64,000 nt of DNA from Myxococcota bacterium (lineage in GTDB: Bacteria; Myxococcota; Myxococcia; Myxococcales; Myxococcaceae): NCBI GenBank assembly GCA_049322255.1, contig JBMORE010000148.1, forward strand, positions 1 to 64,000, in the 5' to 3' direction. Under the pieces are notes generated by a model. That model saw only the letters and a list, made by a program, of their open reading frames with translations, was not told the origin of the DNA and did no database searches. Positions 49,555-63,454 of the stretch are shown here, piece by piece. The position numbers and the translations under genes are program-made. The first letter of the stretch is position 1. The number at the start of each line of letters is the position of its first letter.

Positions 49555-51571
49555 AGTCCCACGCTTGCTTGCCCCACAAGAGCTCCACCACCTCGTCGAG
49601 CGACCGCGCGTAGCGAACGATGCGGGTGGCGATGGACAGGGGCACCCCTCCCGCCTCCACCTCGGGGCGGTTCTCCTCGGGGAGCACCAGCATCTCGAGG
49701 TTTCGGTGCAGCGCCCCCTTCACCTTGTACGTCACGTCGCCCACGCGACGTACGACCAGCTTGGTCTGGGCGTCACACACCAGCGCGCCGCTGAAGGCGG
49801 CCTGGGGGTTCACCTCCCTTCCTAAAAACAGCGAGAGGAAGGCCACCGCCAAAGGCAGTCCGGCGGAGGCGCCGCTGGAGAGCTCGTCGTCTTTGCTCAC
49901 CTTGAGGGTGTAAACGAAGTCGTCGCAGCCGCCGGCCAGATGCGGCCACACTCCCCGCACGTAGTCCTTCGCCGACGCCAGCGTGCCCGCGGCCAGCGCC
50001 GAAAAATCGGGCGCCACGCTCCCGAGCACACCGACGTCGGCGAGGTGACCGCCACCGCTCTGCCCGACCCACCGGCGCGCGACGAGCACCTCGTGCACCA
50101 GCCCCTTGGGTTTGCTGCCCAAGTGGTAGACCGCCGCCACCTTCACCCGGCCGAGGTCCGGCCGCTCCTGTCTCACCGCTTCCAGGGCGTGGGCCTTGGC
50201 CTGGTGAGCGCTCCCGTCGAAGCCGGCCAGCTCCTCGAACAGCGCCAGCTCTCGCCACGCGCGGGGTGAGGTGCGCTCGGCGCGGGCGGTGGCCAGGAGC
50301 GCCTCCTTCACCTCTTCGGCACGCCGCGAATCCGAGAGCAATGCACGCAGCTCTTCTTGGTCGCCGGCCGCGAGCACCTTCTTCCAGACCGCGGGGTCGA
50401 CTCCTTTCCAACGGCGGGCCGCCTCGAGGTAGGCCGCAGGCGCCAAAGGGTCTTTCAGCGCTGCGCGGGCATCGCCCAGGTAGGCAAAGTCCATCGCCTC
50501 GGCCCAGCGGGTGGCGCACAAGCGGACGAGGAGGCGTGCCGCGCGCTCCCTCTCTCCGCACAGGAAGGCCAAGAGCGCCCGGCGGCGACGGCGAGCGGCA
50601 AGGCTTTTCGTCCGCCTCACCTCTAGCTCTGCGGCGTGGCGCGATTCGGGGTCGACCTGCTGGCAAGGAAGCTCGTCCAGCGGCAGGTAGACGGCGGCGA
50701 GCGCGCACACCCGGTCTGCCAGGGTGGGAAGGTGCAACCTTTGGGCGAAGCGGCGCAGGTACTCGCGCTGATGCGCCTTGGCGCGCTCCGTCTGCCCCAA
50801 GGCCTCGGCCAAGGTGGCCAGGTGGGGCAGCGCCGAAAGCCTGCCGTGATGCGCGTGCAGATGGTCGTAGATGTACAGCGCCTGGTGCAGCGCGTCTTCG
50901 GTGCCCAAGCGCTCGCACACCCGAGCGAGAAAACCCAGCCGATCGACGTCGGTCTCGAAGCCGCGCTCGCGGCCGAGCTTCTCCAAGGTGGCGCGCGCGC
51001 CGCCCAAGTCGTCGGTGCGTTCCTGGAACCAGGCCTTCTGCAGCACCGCCAGCTTGTAGAGGGCGGGCCGCGAACGGTACTGGGCCGCCACCCGCTCGCA
51101 GGTCCCCAGCGCGCCCTTGAAGTCGCGCGCGCGGAAGCGGAAAAACGCCGCCTCCAATTCGACCTCCGCTGAATGCCTTTGGGCGTACGCGTCTTGCCCC
51201 ACCGGGATGAGCCGCAGGCGTGACAACTCTTCGTCGGTGGCCAACCGGTGGAGAAAGCCCAGCTGCTCGAGCGCCCCCTCCCTGCCCGGGGCGAGCGTAC
51301 GAATGCGCTGCCACAGCCGAAGGGTGTCGGTGAGCCTGCCCTGCACGTGGCAGAGCTTGGCGAGCAAGTTGAGGGCAGAGAGGTTGTCGGGCTCGAGGGC
51401 GAGCGCATGGGACACGTGGACCATCGCCTCCGCTGGCTTGCGGGCGTCGAGGAGCACCCGCGCAATCACCAGCGCTTTCTCGACCTCCCCCTGGGCCTGC
51501 TCGGCCCCATGGGCGTCGACCTCCGCCCGCGGCCTTCGGCGTTCCAAGTGGAGCGAGCTCACCGGCGTCAA
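49550..51571 (-). CDS. TPR protein with C-terminal Lon-type (S16) protease domain
   Basis: SSGASAGL (catalytic Ser motif), FSGAL, VGDVTYKVKGA (Lys), LVLPEEN; no AAA motifs seen. Confidence 0.78.
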   Translation of the reverse strand: MTPVSSLHLERRRPRAEVDAHGAEQAQGEVEKALVIARVLLDARKPAEAMVHVSHALALEPDNLSALNLLAKLCHVQGRLTDTLRLWQRIRTLAPGREGALEQLGFLHRLATDEELSRLRLIPVGQDAYAQRHSAEVELEAAFFRFRARDFKGALGTCERVAAQYRSRPALYKLAVLQKAWFQERTDDLGGARATLEKLGRERGFETDVDRLGFLARVCERLGTEDALHQALYIYDHLHAHHGRLSALPHLATLAEALGQTERAKAHQREYLRRFAQRLHLPTLADRVCALAAVYLPLDELPCQQVDPESRHAAELEVRRTKSLAARRRRRALLAFLCGERERAARLLVRLCATRWAEAMDFAYLGDARAALKDPLAPAAYLEAARRWKGVDPAVWKKVLAAGDQEELRALLSDSRRAEEVKEALLATARAERTSPRAWRELALFEELAGFDGSAHQAKAHALEAVRQERPDLGRVKVAAVYHLGSKPKGLVHEVLVARRWVGQSGGGHLADVGVLGSVAPDFSALAAGTLASAKDYVRGVWPHLAGGCDDFVYTLKVSKDDELSSGASAGLPLAVAFLSLFLGREVNPQAAFSGALVCDAQTKLVVRRVGDVTYKVKGALHRNLEMLVLPEENRPEVEAGGVPLSIATRIVRYARSLDEVVELLWGKQAWDW

Positions 51572-51628
51572 CGTATTGTCGACCGCCGGACACCGACAAT
51601 TGGACCACCGAACAGCCAGGCGTTCGGC

Positions 51629-52768
51629 TCACGGCATCGCCAGGTCGGCGCAAAAACGCGCAAAGGGCACAACGGTGACTTTGCCTGAGGAGAAATGCTT
51701 CTCGCCGCGATGCACCTGGAAGAACCGTGGGATGGGGGTACGCTCAGCGAAGTATCTCACCGCGGGTCCAATCGCACGGTCTCCCGTCTTGCATTCCACG
51801 GCAAGCTCTGGCCGGCGATCGCGGAGCACGACGAAGTCGACCTCGCGCTTGTCGGTGTCTCGCAGGAATCGAAGCTCCATCTGATGACCCTGGGTGTCCT
51901 CGATGAAATGGCAGTATTTCAACAGCTGGGAGGCAACCAGGTTCTCGAAGCGCGCTCCGGGGTCGGACACGCATGACCAATCCCAGAGGTACAGCTTCTT
52001 TTCCTTTTTCACCGCGCGGATTTTCGGCAGCCCATAGGGCGCGACGCGAAAACAGACATAGAGGTTCTCGAGAATCTGAAGCCATCGTTCCACCGTTTTA
52101 TGGTCGACCTCGAGGTCCTGGCGCAGGTTGGCGATCGACAGCGGAGCGCCGACGCGCGCGGGTAGCAGGTCGACCAACTGCTCGACGAGGGTTATCTCCT
52201 GAACGCGCTCCAGATCGCGGAGATCTTCGCGCACGACCCGGGAAAGGCGTTCACGTTGCCAGATTCGATGTTCCGTCTCGTCCTGTGCGAACAAGGGCTC
52301 GGGAAACCCGCCGAAGCGAAGCAGCACGTCCAGGTCTACCGGTGTGGACGAGGCTTTCAGCTCAGGCAGCGAGAACGGGTGGAGTCGAAAGTAGCGATAG
52401 CGGCCGGCCAGAGACTCTCCGCCTTTGCGGTAATAGTCGAGGCGCGCCGAACCGGTCACCACGATCTTGCGCGTCGACTTTTCGGTGTCCCAGATGCCTT
52501 TCACCAGGCTTCGCCAGCGCGCGTATTTGTGAATCTCGTCGAAGACGAGGAGCGCCTCCCCCGGGGGCAGCTCCGCTTGGCGAATGCGCGGGCGTGTGCG
52601 CGGGTCATCCCAGCTCAAATATGCGGGGTGCTTTTCGTTGGCGTCCGGCCCAAGCAGCTCGAGGGCCAGCGTCGTCTTCCCCACCTGGCGAGGACCGCCA
52701 ACGAAAACCATCTTCTTCGCGCGCAACGTCTTCTCCACCGCTGCGCGCAGGTACCGGGCGATACGCAC
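51629..52768 (-). CDS. AAA_14/DUF4143-type ATPase with PD-(D/E)xK-like C-terminus
   Basis: GPRQVGKT, FDEIHK, TGSAR, GGFPE, KKLYLWD, EVDFV...AVECK. Confidence 0.9.
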   Translation of the reverse strand: MRIARYLRAAVEKTLRAKKMVFVGGPRQVGKTTLALELLGPDANEKHPAYLSWDDPRTRPRIRQAELPPGEALLVFDEIHKYARWRSLVKGIWDTEKSTRKIVVTGSARLDYYRKGGESLAGRYRYFRLHPFSLPELKASSTPVDLDVLLRFGGFPEPLFAQDETEHRIWQRERLSRVVREDLRDLERVQEITLVEQLVDLLPARVGAPLSIANLRQDLEVDHKTVERWLQILENLYVCFRVAPYGLPKIRAVKKEKKLYLWDWSCVSDPGARFENLVASQLLKYCHFIEDTQGHQMELRFLRDTDKREVDFVVLRDRRPELAVECKTGDRAIGPAVRYFAERTPIPRFFQVHRGEKHFSSGKVTVVPFARFCADLAMP

Positions 52769-52781
52769 AAATTGGCTTATA

Positions 52782-52809
52782 GTCCATTTTACTCATGAGT
52801 AAAATGGAC
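52782..52809. promoter_or_regulatory. Perfect 28-bp palindrome (candidate operator) upstream of the AAA-DUF4143 gene
   Basis: gtccattttactca|tgagtaaaatggac; on the minus strand it is followed by TATAAG and, 7 nt later, the GTG start. Confidence 0.75.
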
Positions 52810-52855
52810 AGGCCGTCCAAACTGCACGAGTGAGGGGCATTTCACTGGTGGGTGG

Positions 52856-57195
<4,340 letters not shown>

Positions 57196-57319
57196 TGGAG
57201 CGTTTTTCCTAGCGCTTTCGGGTTCTTACAGACCTGTAGCAGCCGGGGACTATAACGACGGTCGATCGGAAGTCCAGCAATCCCACCGGATGCTAACGTT
57301 GGGGCCCTCGAGGTTTTGC

Positions 57320-58534
57320 ATGACCGCGGTCACGCTCGCCCTGCTCCCTCCGCTTCTGTTGGCCGCTCCTCCTCCTACCTCACGGCGCGTGGCGGCGCTC
57401 TTGGTGCCCATGGACCAAGGAGCCGAGGCCCACCTCGTTCGGCTCGAGGGCTACATGGTGGAGGCCCTGCGCGACTATCGCGGCTTTGCCGTCAAGCCCA
57501 CCGACGAGCTGTTCGGCATGCCGGTGAGCAACGACGCCCAGGCGTCGCTGCAGCGCGCCGAAAAGGGGTTTGGCGAGAGCCGGCTGGCCTTCGAGAAGAG
57601 AGACCTCCCCGACGCCGAGCGCAAGCTGCGCGCCACCCTCAAAGAGTTCGGCGGGGCCGCCCACGCGATGACCGACTGCGGCCGCCTGTGCGACGCGCTG
57701 GCGATGTACGCCGCGGTGCTGCACGAGCGCGGAGACCCCGAGGAGGCGCGCTTCACCCTCCTCGACTTGCAGGCGCTCCACCCCCACTACGAGCTGGACA
57801 AGAAGCGCTTCACCCAAGACTTCGTCGCCTTCCGCCACCAGGTCGCTTCGAGCCAGAGCGCGAACCTGCGCGGCAACGTGCAGGTGAAGTCACGCCCCGC
57901 CGGCGCCCGTGTCTACTTGAACGGCGCCTTTCAGGGCTTCACCCCGGTGAGCCTGCAGACCTTGCCCATGGGCAAGCACCTCTTGCGCATCGACCGGCCG
58001 GGGTTTCAGCAGGTGGGCGAATTGCTCGAAGTCTCGGCCGACGACCGCGAGCTTTTCGTCGACTTGAAGCCCACCCCCGAATACCGCGCCTTCGACGCGC
58101 TGCTCGACAAGCTCGCCGCCGAGGTGGTCAAGGACAAGGGCGGCACCACCATGGCCTCGCTGGGAAAATCGCTGGGCCTCGACCGCGCGCTGGTGGGGGT
58201 GCTCAAGGAAATCAACGAAAGCGGCGGCATCGAGCTTTTTCTCGGCTACTACGACCTACCCACGGGGCGGAAGCTGGCCATGAGGAAAATCGTCTTCCAG
58301 GGCGACGAATACGGCCAGCTCAAGAGCGAGGTGGGCCGGCTGGTGAACTACCTGGTCAACAACGCCGAGGGCCAAGCGGACAAGGTGAGGCGCAGCTCCG
58401 ACCCCCTCGATCGCCAGACCGGCATGGAGGACTGGAGCGCCGAGGACCGCGGCGGCGCACGCACCGGTAAGGAGAAGAAGAAACGCCGCTCCGGAGACCC
58501 GCTCGAGGGCGTCTCCGGCACCGAGGATTGGTAG
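57320..58534 (+). CDS. Exported PEGA-domain protein
   Basis: VKSRPAGARVYLNG...GFTP...GKHLLRI...PGF PEGA motif; signal-like N-terminus. Confidence 0.8.
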   Translation: MTAVTLALLPPLLLAAPPPTSRRVAALLVPMDQGAEAHLVRLEGYMVEALRDYRGFAVKPTDELFGMPVSNDAQASLQRAEKGFGESRLAFEKRDLPDAERKLRATLKEFGGAAHAMTDCGRLCDALAMYAAVLHERGDPEEARFTLLDLQALHPHYELDKKRFTQDFVAFRHQVASSQSANLRGNVQVKSRPAGARVYLNGAFQGFTPVSLQTLPMGKHLLRIDRPGFQQVGELLEVSADDRELFVDLKPTPEYRAFDALLDKLAAEVVKDKGGTTMASLGKSLGLDRALVGVLKEINESGGIELFLGYYDLPTGRKLAMRKIVFQGDEYGQLKSEVGRLVNYLVNNAEGQADKVRRSSDPLDRQTGMEDWSAEDRGGARTGKEKKKRRSGDPLEGVSGTEDW

Positions 58535-58568
58535 CCGTACCCGGAAGAGGGGGTATAAGGGCGGGCCT

Positions 58569-61031
58569 ATGCTTGCTCGGCTCCTCTGGCTCCTCCTGGT
58601 GCCTGCCGCGGCGTTCGCGCAGACCGCCGCCGTTTTCCACGACGACCCCTCCCGCGGAACCACGCTGCCGCCCATCGGCGCCGCGCTCGCTGACGAGGCG
58701 ACCGCCATCGCCGTGAACCCCGCGGGCCTCTCCTTCGTGGGCGCGGCCCAGCTCTTCTACGCCCACGAGAGGGCAGTGGCGCGCAACGACGTGGTCGACG
58801 GGCTGTACCTGGGCAGCACCTTCTTCGACTTGTTGGGCGCCGGCTTCTCGCTCGAGTGGGTTCGCAGCGACAGCTCGCTCGACTACCGCAAGACCGGCTA
58901 CGCGCTCTCCTTCGGCACCGGCACCTTGGCCCTCGGCATGTCCTACAACCTCTTCTCTTCGGCAGAGAGCGCCGACCTCGACGAGCTGACCAGCTTCGAC
59001 TTGGGCATCAGCGGCCGGGTGGCGCGCGGGTTTTCCTTCGGCCTGGTGGCACGCAACATCGACGACCCCAGCCGTGGCGCGGTGGCCTTGCGGCGGCAGT
59101 ACGACCTGGGCATCGGCGTGCGGCCGTTCGGCGAGCGCTACACCCTCGGGGTCGACTACCTGTTCGACGACGTGGCGGGGCTCGACGCCGGGCGTTTCTC
59201 GTACACCCTGAAGGCAGAGGTGGTGAAAGGCCTGTCCATCGGCGCTGGCGTCTCGCACGGCCTGCGCTCGAGCGACGACTTGTTCCTCCAGGTGGCGGCG
59301 ACCATCGACACCTCCCACCTGGGCCTGACCTACGCCGGAGGCGGCGCGCCCGACGGGTTAGACCACGTGGTGCAGGTGCGGCTGTCGCAGGAGAAGTACC
59401 GCTCGATTGAGCTCGACGATGGCCAGGTGGCGTTGCTCGACCTCGCCGGCGCGCTGTCCGAAGCCCAGAGCCCCACCGCCGCGCTCCTCGGAGCTCGCGA
59501 GGAGGACCCCTACCTTCGCCTGACCCGAATGCTCCACGACGCGGAGCGCGACCCCGACCTGCGCGGGCTGGTGGTGAAGGTGGACCACGTGGACATCGGC
59601 TTTGGCAAGGCCGAGGAGCTGCGCGCGGCGCTCGAGCGCCTGCGGCTTGCGGGCAAGAAAGTCATCGCGGTGCTTCTCTCTGCCGATGACGCCGAGTACC
59701 TGGCAGTCAGCGGGGCAGACCAGCTGTACGCGGTGCCGGGGGCGAACATCGTCGTCGACGGGCTTGCGGCCTCCAGCACCTTCCTCGGCGGCACGATGGA
59801 CAAGCTGGGCGTGCAGTGGGACGTGGTCCGCGTGGGCGCTTACAAGAACGCGCCTGATGCGCTGACCCGCACGCAGATGAGCGCGGAGCAACGCGAGGCC
59901 ATCAACGCCTACCTCGACACCAACGTCCGGGTGTTCTCCGACAGGGTCTCCGCCGCGCGCAACCTCTCCGCCGAGAAGCTGGAGTCGGCGATCGACGAGG
60001 GCCTCAAAACGCCCAAGCGCGCCAAGGAACTGGGCCTGGTCGACGACGTGGTGGCGGCCGCGGAGCTCGAGGAGCGCCTCAAGACGCTCGTTCCCGGCGC
60101 CGGCTTTACGCCCTCGTATCGCCCGCGCGACGTGCGCGACCTGCGCTGGGGCGAGCGGCGAAAGGTCGCCATCGTTCCCGTCATCGGCAACATCACCGGC
60201 GGCAAGAGCCGTGACGAGCCCTTGGGGGTGGCGAAGGTCGCCGGCGTCGAAACGGTGATTCGGGCGCTGGCGCGGGCCGCCGACGACCCTGCGGTATCGG
60301 CGATCGTCCTGCGCGTCGACTCCAGCGGCGGCGACACGCTGGCCTCCGACCTCATGTACCGCGCGGTGCTGGAAGCGAAGAAGAAGAAGCCGTTGGTGGC
60401 CTCGATGGGCGACGTGGCGGCGTCGGGGGGCTACTACGTGGCGATGGGCGCCGACGAGGTGTTCGCCTCCCCCACCACCATCACTGGGAGCATCGGCGTC
60501 TTCTTCTTGAAGCCCGCGGTGCAGGAGTTGGGAGAAAAACTGGGAGCAAGCCAAGAAACCCTCACCCGCGGCGAGCTGGCGGGGATGATGGGCTTTTGGG
60601 CTCCGTGGACCCAGGCCGAGCGCGCCGCCGCCCAGAAATGGGTCGACGCCTTCTACGACGAGTTCATCACCGAGGTGGGTAAATCGCGAAACCTCCCCAA
60701 GGAAAAAGTCGACCAGGTCGCCCGGGGCCGGGTCTGGTCGGGGGCCGACGCCAAACAGCGCGGGCTGGTCGACCAGCTCGGCGGACTTTGGGACGCCATT
60801 TCAGCGGCGAAGAAGCGGGCCGGCATTCCCTTGGGCGAGGAGATCGACTTACCGGTGTTCGGCGAGCCGGGCGGCTTTTTCTTCGGCACCGGCGCCCACC
60901 TGCTCGCCGCTTCGCCGCCTCCCCTGCCTACGGGACTGGCCTCGTTGGCCAAGGAGCTCGGGCTGAGCGAGGCGCTGCTCCTGACTCCCAGCGTCCAGGC
61001 ACGCATGGAGTACCAGCTCGTCGTGCGCTGA
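58569..61031 (+). CDS. sppA: Signal peptide peptidase SppA (protease IV) with N-terminal beta-rich extension
   Basis: GAYKNA, LRVDSSGG, ASMGDVAASGGYY, TGSIGV, GRVWSG, GLVD. Confidence 0.88.
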   Translation: MLARLLWLLLVPAAAFAQTAAVFHDDPSRGTTLPPIGAALADEATAIAVNPAGLSFVGAAQLFYAHERAVARNDVVDGLYLGSTFFDLLGAGFSLEWVRSDSSLDYRKTGYALSFGTGTLALGMSYNLFSSAESADLDELTSFDLGISGRVARGFSFGLVARNIDDPSRGAVALRRQYDLGIGVRPFGERYTLGVDYLFDDVAGLDAGRFSYTLKAEVVKGLSIGAGVSHGLRSSDDLFLQVAATIDTSHLGLTYAGGGAPDGLDHVVQVRLSQEKYRSIELDDGQVALLDLAGALSEAQSPTAALLGAREEDPYLRLTRMLHDAERDPDLRGLVVKVDHVDIGFGKAEELRAALERLRLAGKKVIAVLLSADDAEYLAVSGADQLYAVPGANIVVDGLAASSTFLGGTMDKLGVQWDVVRVGAYKNAPDALTRTQMSAEQREAINAYLDTNVRVFSDRVSAARNLSAEKLESAIDEGLKTPKRAKELGLVDDVVAAAELEERLKTLVPGAGFTPSYRPRDVRDLRWGERRKVAIVPVIGNITGGKSRDEPLGVAKVAGVETVIRALARAADDPAVSAIVLRVDSSGGDTLASDLMYRAVLEAKKKKPLVASMGDVAASGGYYVAMGADEVFASPTTITGSIGVFFLKPAVQELGEKLGASQETLTRGELAGMMGFWAPWTQAERAAAQKWVDAFYDEFITEVGKSRNLPKEKVDQVARGRVWSGADAKQRGLVDQLGGLWDAISAAKKRAGIPLGEEIDLPVFGEPGGFFFGTGAHLLAASPPPLPTGLASLAKELGLSEALLLTPSVQARMEYQLVVR

Positions 61032-61059
61032 GCGCTGGAGTCACCGAAGGCCCATGACG

Positions 61060-61389
61060 TCATTGGTCCTTCAGACGGGCAATGTCGAGCGCATAGCCCA
61101 GAGCCCGTTCAACCTCGGGCGTTCGTTCCACAGGCAGTCTGCCGATCCTTGACACCAGCCTCGGCACGGCCACCGCGTGGATGTTGTCCAGGTTGGCGAC
61201 TGAGGCTCGTGGCAGCCCCTCTTCGGCGCCAAGGGGCACCTCGACCGGGATATGCCGGACGGTGGTCGTCACCTCGGCGACAGTGACCCGGGTGAGAATT
61301 CGATACGCCTGATCGCGCGACAGGAGCAGCACCGGCCGCCGCCCAATGGGCTCGGGAAGGTTCGCCCACCAGATCTCGTGTCGCTTCAT
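61060..61389 (-). CDS. mazF: PemK/MazF family toxin
   Basis: MKRHEIWWA...RRPVLLLS...VTTT...GLPRASVANLDNI. Confidence 0.88.
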   Translation of the reverse strand: MKRHEIWWANLPEPIGRRPVLLLSRDQAYRILTRVTVAEVTTTVRHIPVEVPLGAEEGLPRASVANLDNIHAVAVPRLVSRIGRLPVERTPEVERALGYALDIARLKDQ

Positions 61390-61640
61390 CGAGCCCGCCT
61401 CTTCTTCCGCGGCTTCTTCGCATAGCGGACGGGCTCCCAGGTCTGTGGATCCAGGTCCACCTCGGCCGCATCTTGCGGAACCTCGCGGTACGCACGTTCC
61501 ATGAGCTCCTCAGCCCGTGCATCGAGCGCCCGCCGGATCGCCTCGCGGATAAAATCCGACCGCTTCCTCGCCGAAGGTGGAGCGACCTCATTGAGCCTGC
61601 TGAGGATCCGATCATCCAACTCAACTATTACCTGTGGCAT
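61386..61640 (-). CDS. RHH/CopG-type antitoxin
   Basis: VIVELDD...RSDFIREAIRR...AY; ATGA overlap with the toxin; ATG at 61640. Confidence 0.8.
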   Translation of the reverse strand: MPQVIVELDDRILSRLNEVAPPSARKRSDFIREAIRRALDARAEELMERAYREVPQDAAEVDLDPQTWEPVRYAKKPRKKRRAR

Positions 61641-61912
61641 ATACTTATGCTTATAGAACCCCGAGCAGGAAGACAACCCGCGGGTCGGGCGCGAGATTGG
61701 TTCCAATCAAACAAACACCGTCGCGCACGGGCCTTGGGCCTGTTATGGTGCCTTCGTCCTTCCGGCTGGCACGGTGCCGCCGGCGGGCGCCCAGGAAGCC
61801 GGCGGCTTTGGTCGGCCAGCTCGCCAGGCGGTGAGTCGGCACTACCCCGCGCAGGCTTCCTGTCCCACAACCGAACGAGCGCACCCCGGGTTGGCCGGGG
61901 GCGAAGGGCTCC

Positions 61913-63391
61913 ATGAGCGAGAACCACGACTCCACTGACCCCACCCAGGCCGCTGCCCCCGAACCCGAGCTGGACGAAGGCCCCGACGACGGTGGCCCGG
62001 AGGAGGGCGGCGGTGACGAGGTCGGCCCCGAGGTGTCCGCCTCCGTCACGGGAGGCGCACCGATGCCCGGCCAGGGCCGTCGTCGTCGTCGTCGCCGCCG
62101 CCGCCGCGGCGCTCAGGTGCACTTCACCCCTGAGGGCCAGGCCTACCGCATGGTGCCCGGTCCCGACGGCGCGCCGCAGCAGGTCTTCCTCACCCCCAAC
62201 GAGCTGGCCCAGTACCAAGCGCGCCAGGCGCAGCTTTCGCAACAGGGCCAACAGATGCGCCCCGGCGGCCCCCAGCCGATTCCTTCTGGCCAGCTCGCCG
62301 CCGTGGAGGGCGTGCTGGACACCGACGTGAAGGGCCCCAACGCTTTTTTGCGCCAAATCAAGCGCAACCTCTTGCCCCAACCGGACGACGCCGAGCTGCC
62401 CAAGAACCTGGTGCAGAAGCTCCGTCTGCGTCCGGGCCAGTACCTCCACGCCCAGGCGCTGATGCGCGGCAGCAAGGGGCTGGTGCAGAAAGTCGAGAGC
62501 GTCGACGGGGTGCCACCGGAGAGCGCGCCGCGGCTGCCGCACTTCGCCGACCTGACTTCCATCGACCCCATCGAACGCATCAAGCTCGAGCACGGCCACC
62601 GCGAGATGGTGACCCGCGTGCTCGACGTCATCGCGCCTTTGGGCAAGGGGCAGCGCGCGCTCATCGTCGCTCCCCCCAAGACGGGCAAGACCATCATGCT
62701 CCAGCGCATCGCCCAGGCGGTGCTCACCAACCACCCCGAGATTCACGTGATGGTGCTCTTGGTCGACGAGCGGCCCGAAGAAGTCACCGACATGCGGCGC
62801 ACCATCCCCAAGGCCGAGGTGTTGGCCTCCAGCTCCGACCGCGGCCCGGCCGACCACCTCAAGGTCGCCGAGCTGGCGCTGGAGCGCGCCCGCCGCATGG
62901 TGGAAGCGGGGAAGGACGTGATGGTGCTCCTCGACTCCATCACCCGCCTGGCCCGCGCCTACAACAAAGAGGTCGACTCCTCCGGCCGCACGATGACCGG
63001 CGGCGTCGACAGCCGCGCGCTCGAACGGCCCAAGCGCATCTTCGGCGCCGCCCGTTCCACCGAGGAGGCGGGCACCCTCACCATCGTGGGCACCGCGCTC
63101 ATCGACACCGGCAGCCGCATGGATGAGGTCATCTTCGAGGAGTTCAAAGGCACCGGGAACAGCGAAGTCACCCTCGACCGGTTGCTCGCCGAAAAAAGAG
63201 TGTGGCCGGCGATCAACATTCCCCAGTCGGGCACGCGCAAAGAGGAGAAGCTCTTCACCCTGAAGGAGTACGAGAAGGTGAAGAAGCTTCGACAGATGCT
63301 CTTCGCGGTGAAGCCGGTGGAGGCGATGGAGGCCCTGGTCAAGCGGCTCTCCCGCTACACGTACAACGACGAGTTCCTCGACGAGCTGTAG
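61913..63391 (+). CDS. rho: Transcription termination factor Rho
   Basis: PLGKGQR, APPKTGKT, DERPEEVTD, LDSITRLARA, FEEFKGTGN, SGTRKEE. Confidence 0.96.
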   Translation: MSENHDSTDPTQAAAPEPELDEGPDDGGPEEGGGDEVGPEVSASVTGGAPMPGQGRRRRRRRRRRGAQVHFTPEGQAYRMVPGPDGAPQQVFLTPNELAQYQARQAQLSQQGQQMRPGGPQPIPSGQLAAVEGVLDTDVKGPNAFLRQIKRNLLPQPDDAELPKNLVQKLRLRPGQYLHAQALMRGSKGLVQKVESVDGVPPESAPRLPHFADLTSIDPIERIKLEHGHREMVTRVLDVIAPLGKGQRALIVAPPKTGKTIMLQRIAQAVLTNHPEIHVMVLLVDERPEEVTDMRRTIPKAEVLASSSDRGPADHLKVAELALERARRMVEAGKDVMVLLDSITRLARAYNKEVDSSGRTMTGGVDSRALERPKRIFGAARSTEEAGTLTIVGTALIDTGSRMDEVIFEEFKGTGNSEVTLDRLLAEKRVWPAINIPQSGTRKEEKLFTLKEYEKVKKLRQMLFAVKPVEAMEALVKRLSRYTYNDEFLDEL

Positions 63392-63454
63392 TCGTTGCTC
63401 CCTCAGAGCCACTCGTCGGGAGGAGTGGCGAAGAACGTCTCCAACGGGATGGCG

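Noticed and set aside
51575..51600. ATTGTCG/CGACAAT inverted repeat before the TPR-Lon gene
   Set aside because: The 7-bp arms are too short to assign as operator or terminator from sequence alone.
61767..61782. sigma54 promoter upstream of rho (TGGCACGG...)
   Set aside because: No TTGC -12 element at the required spacing.
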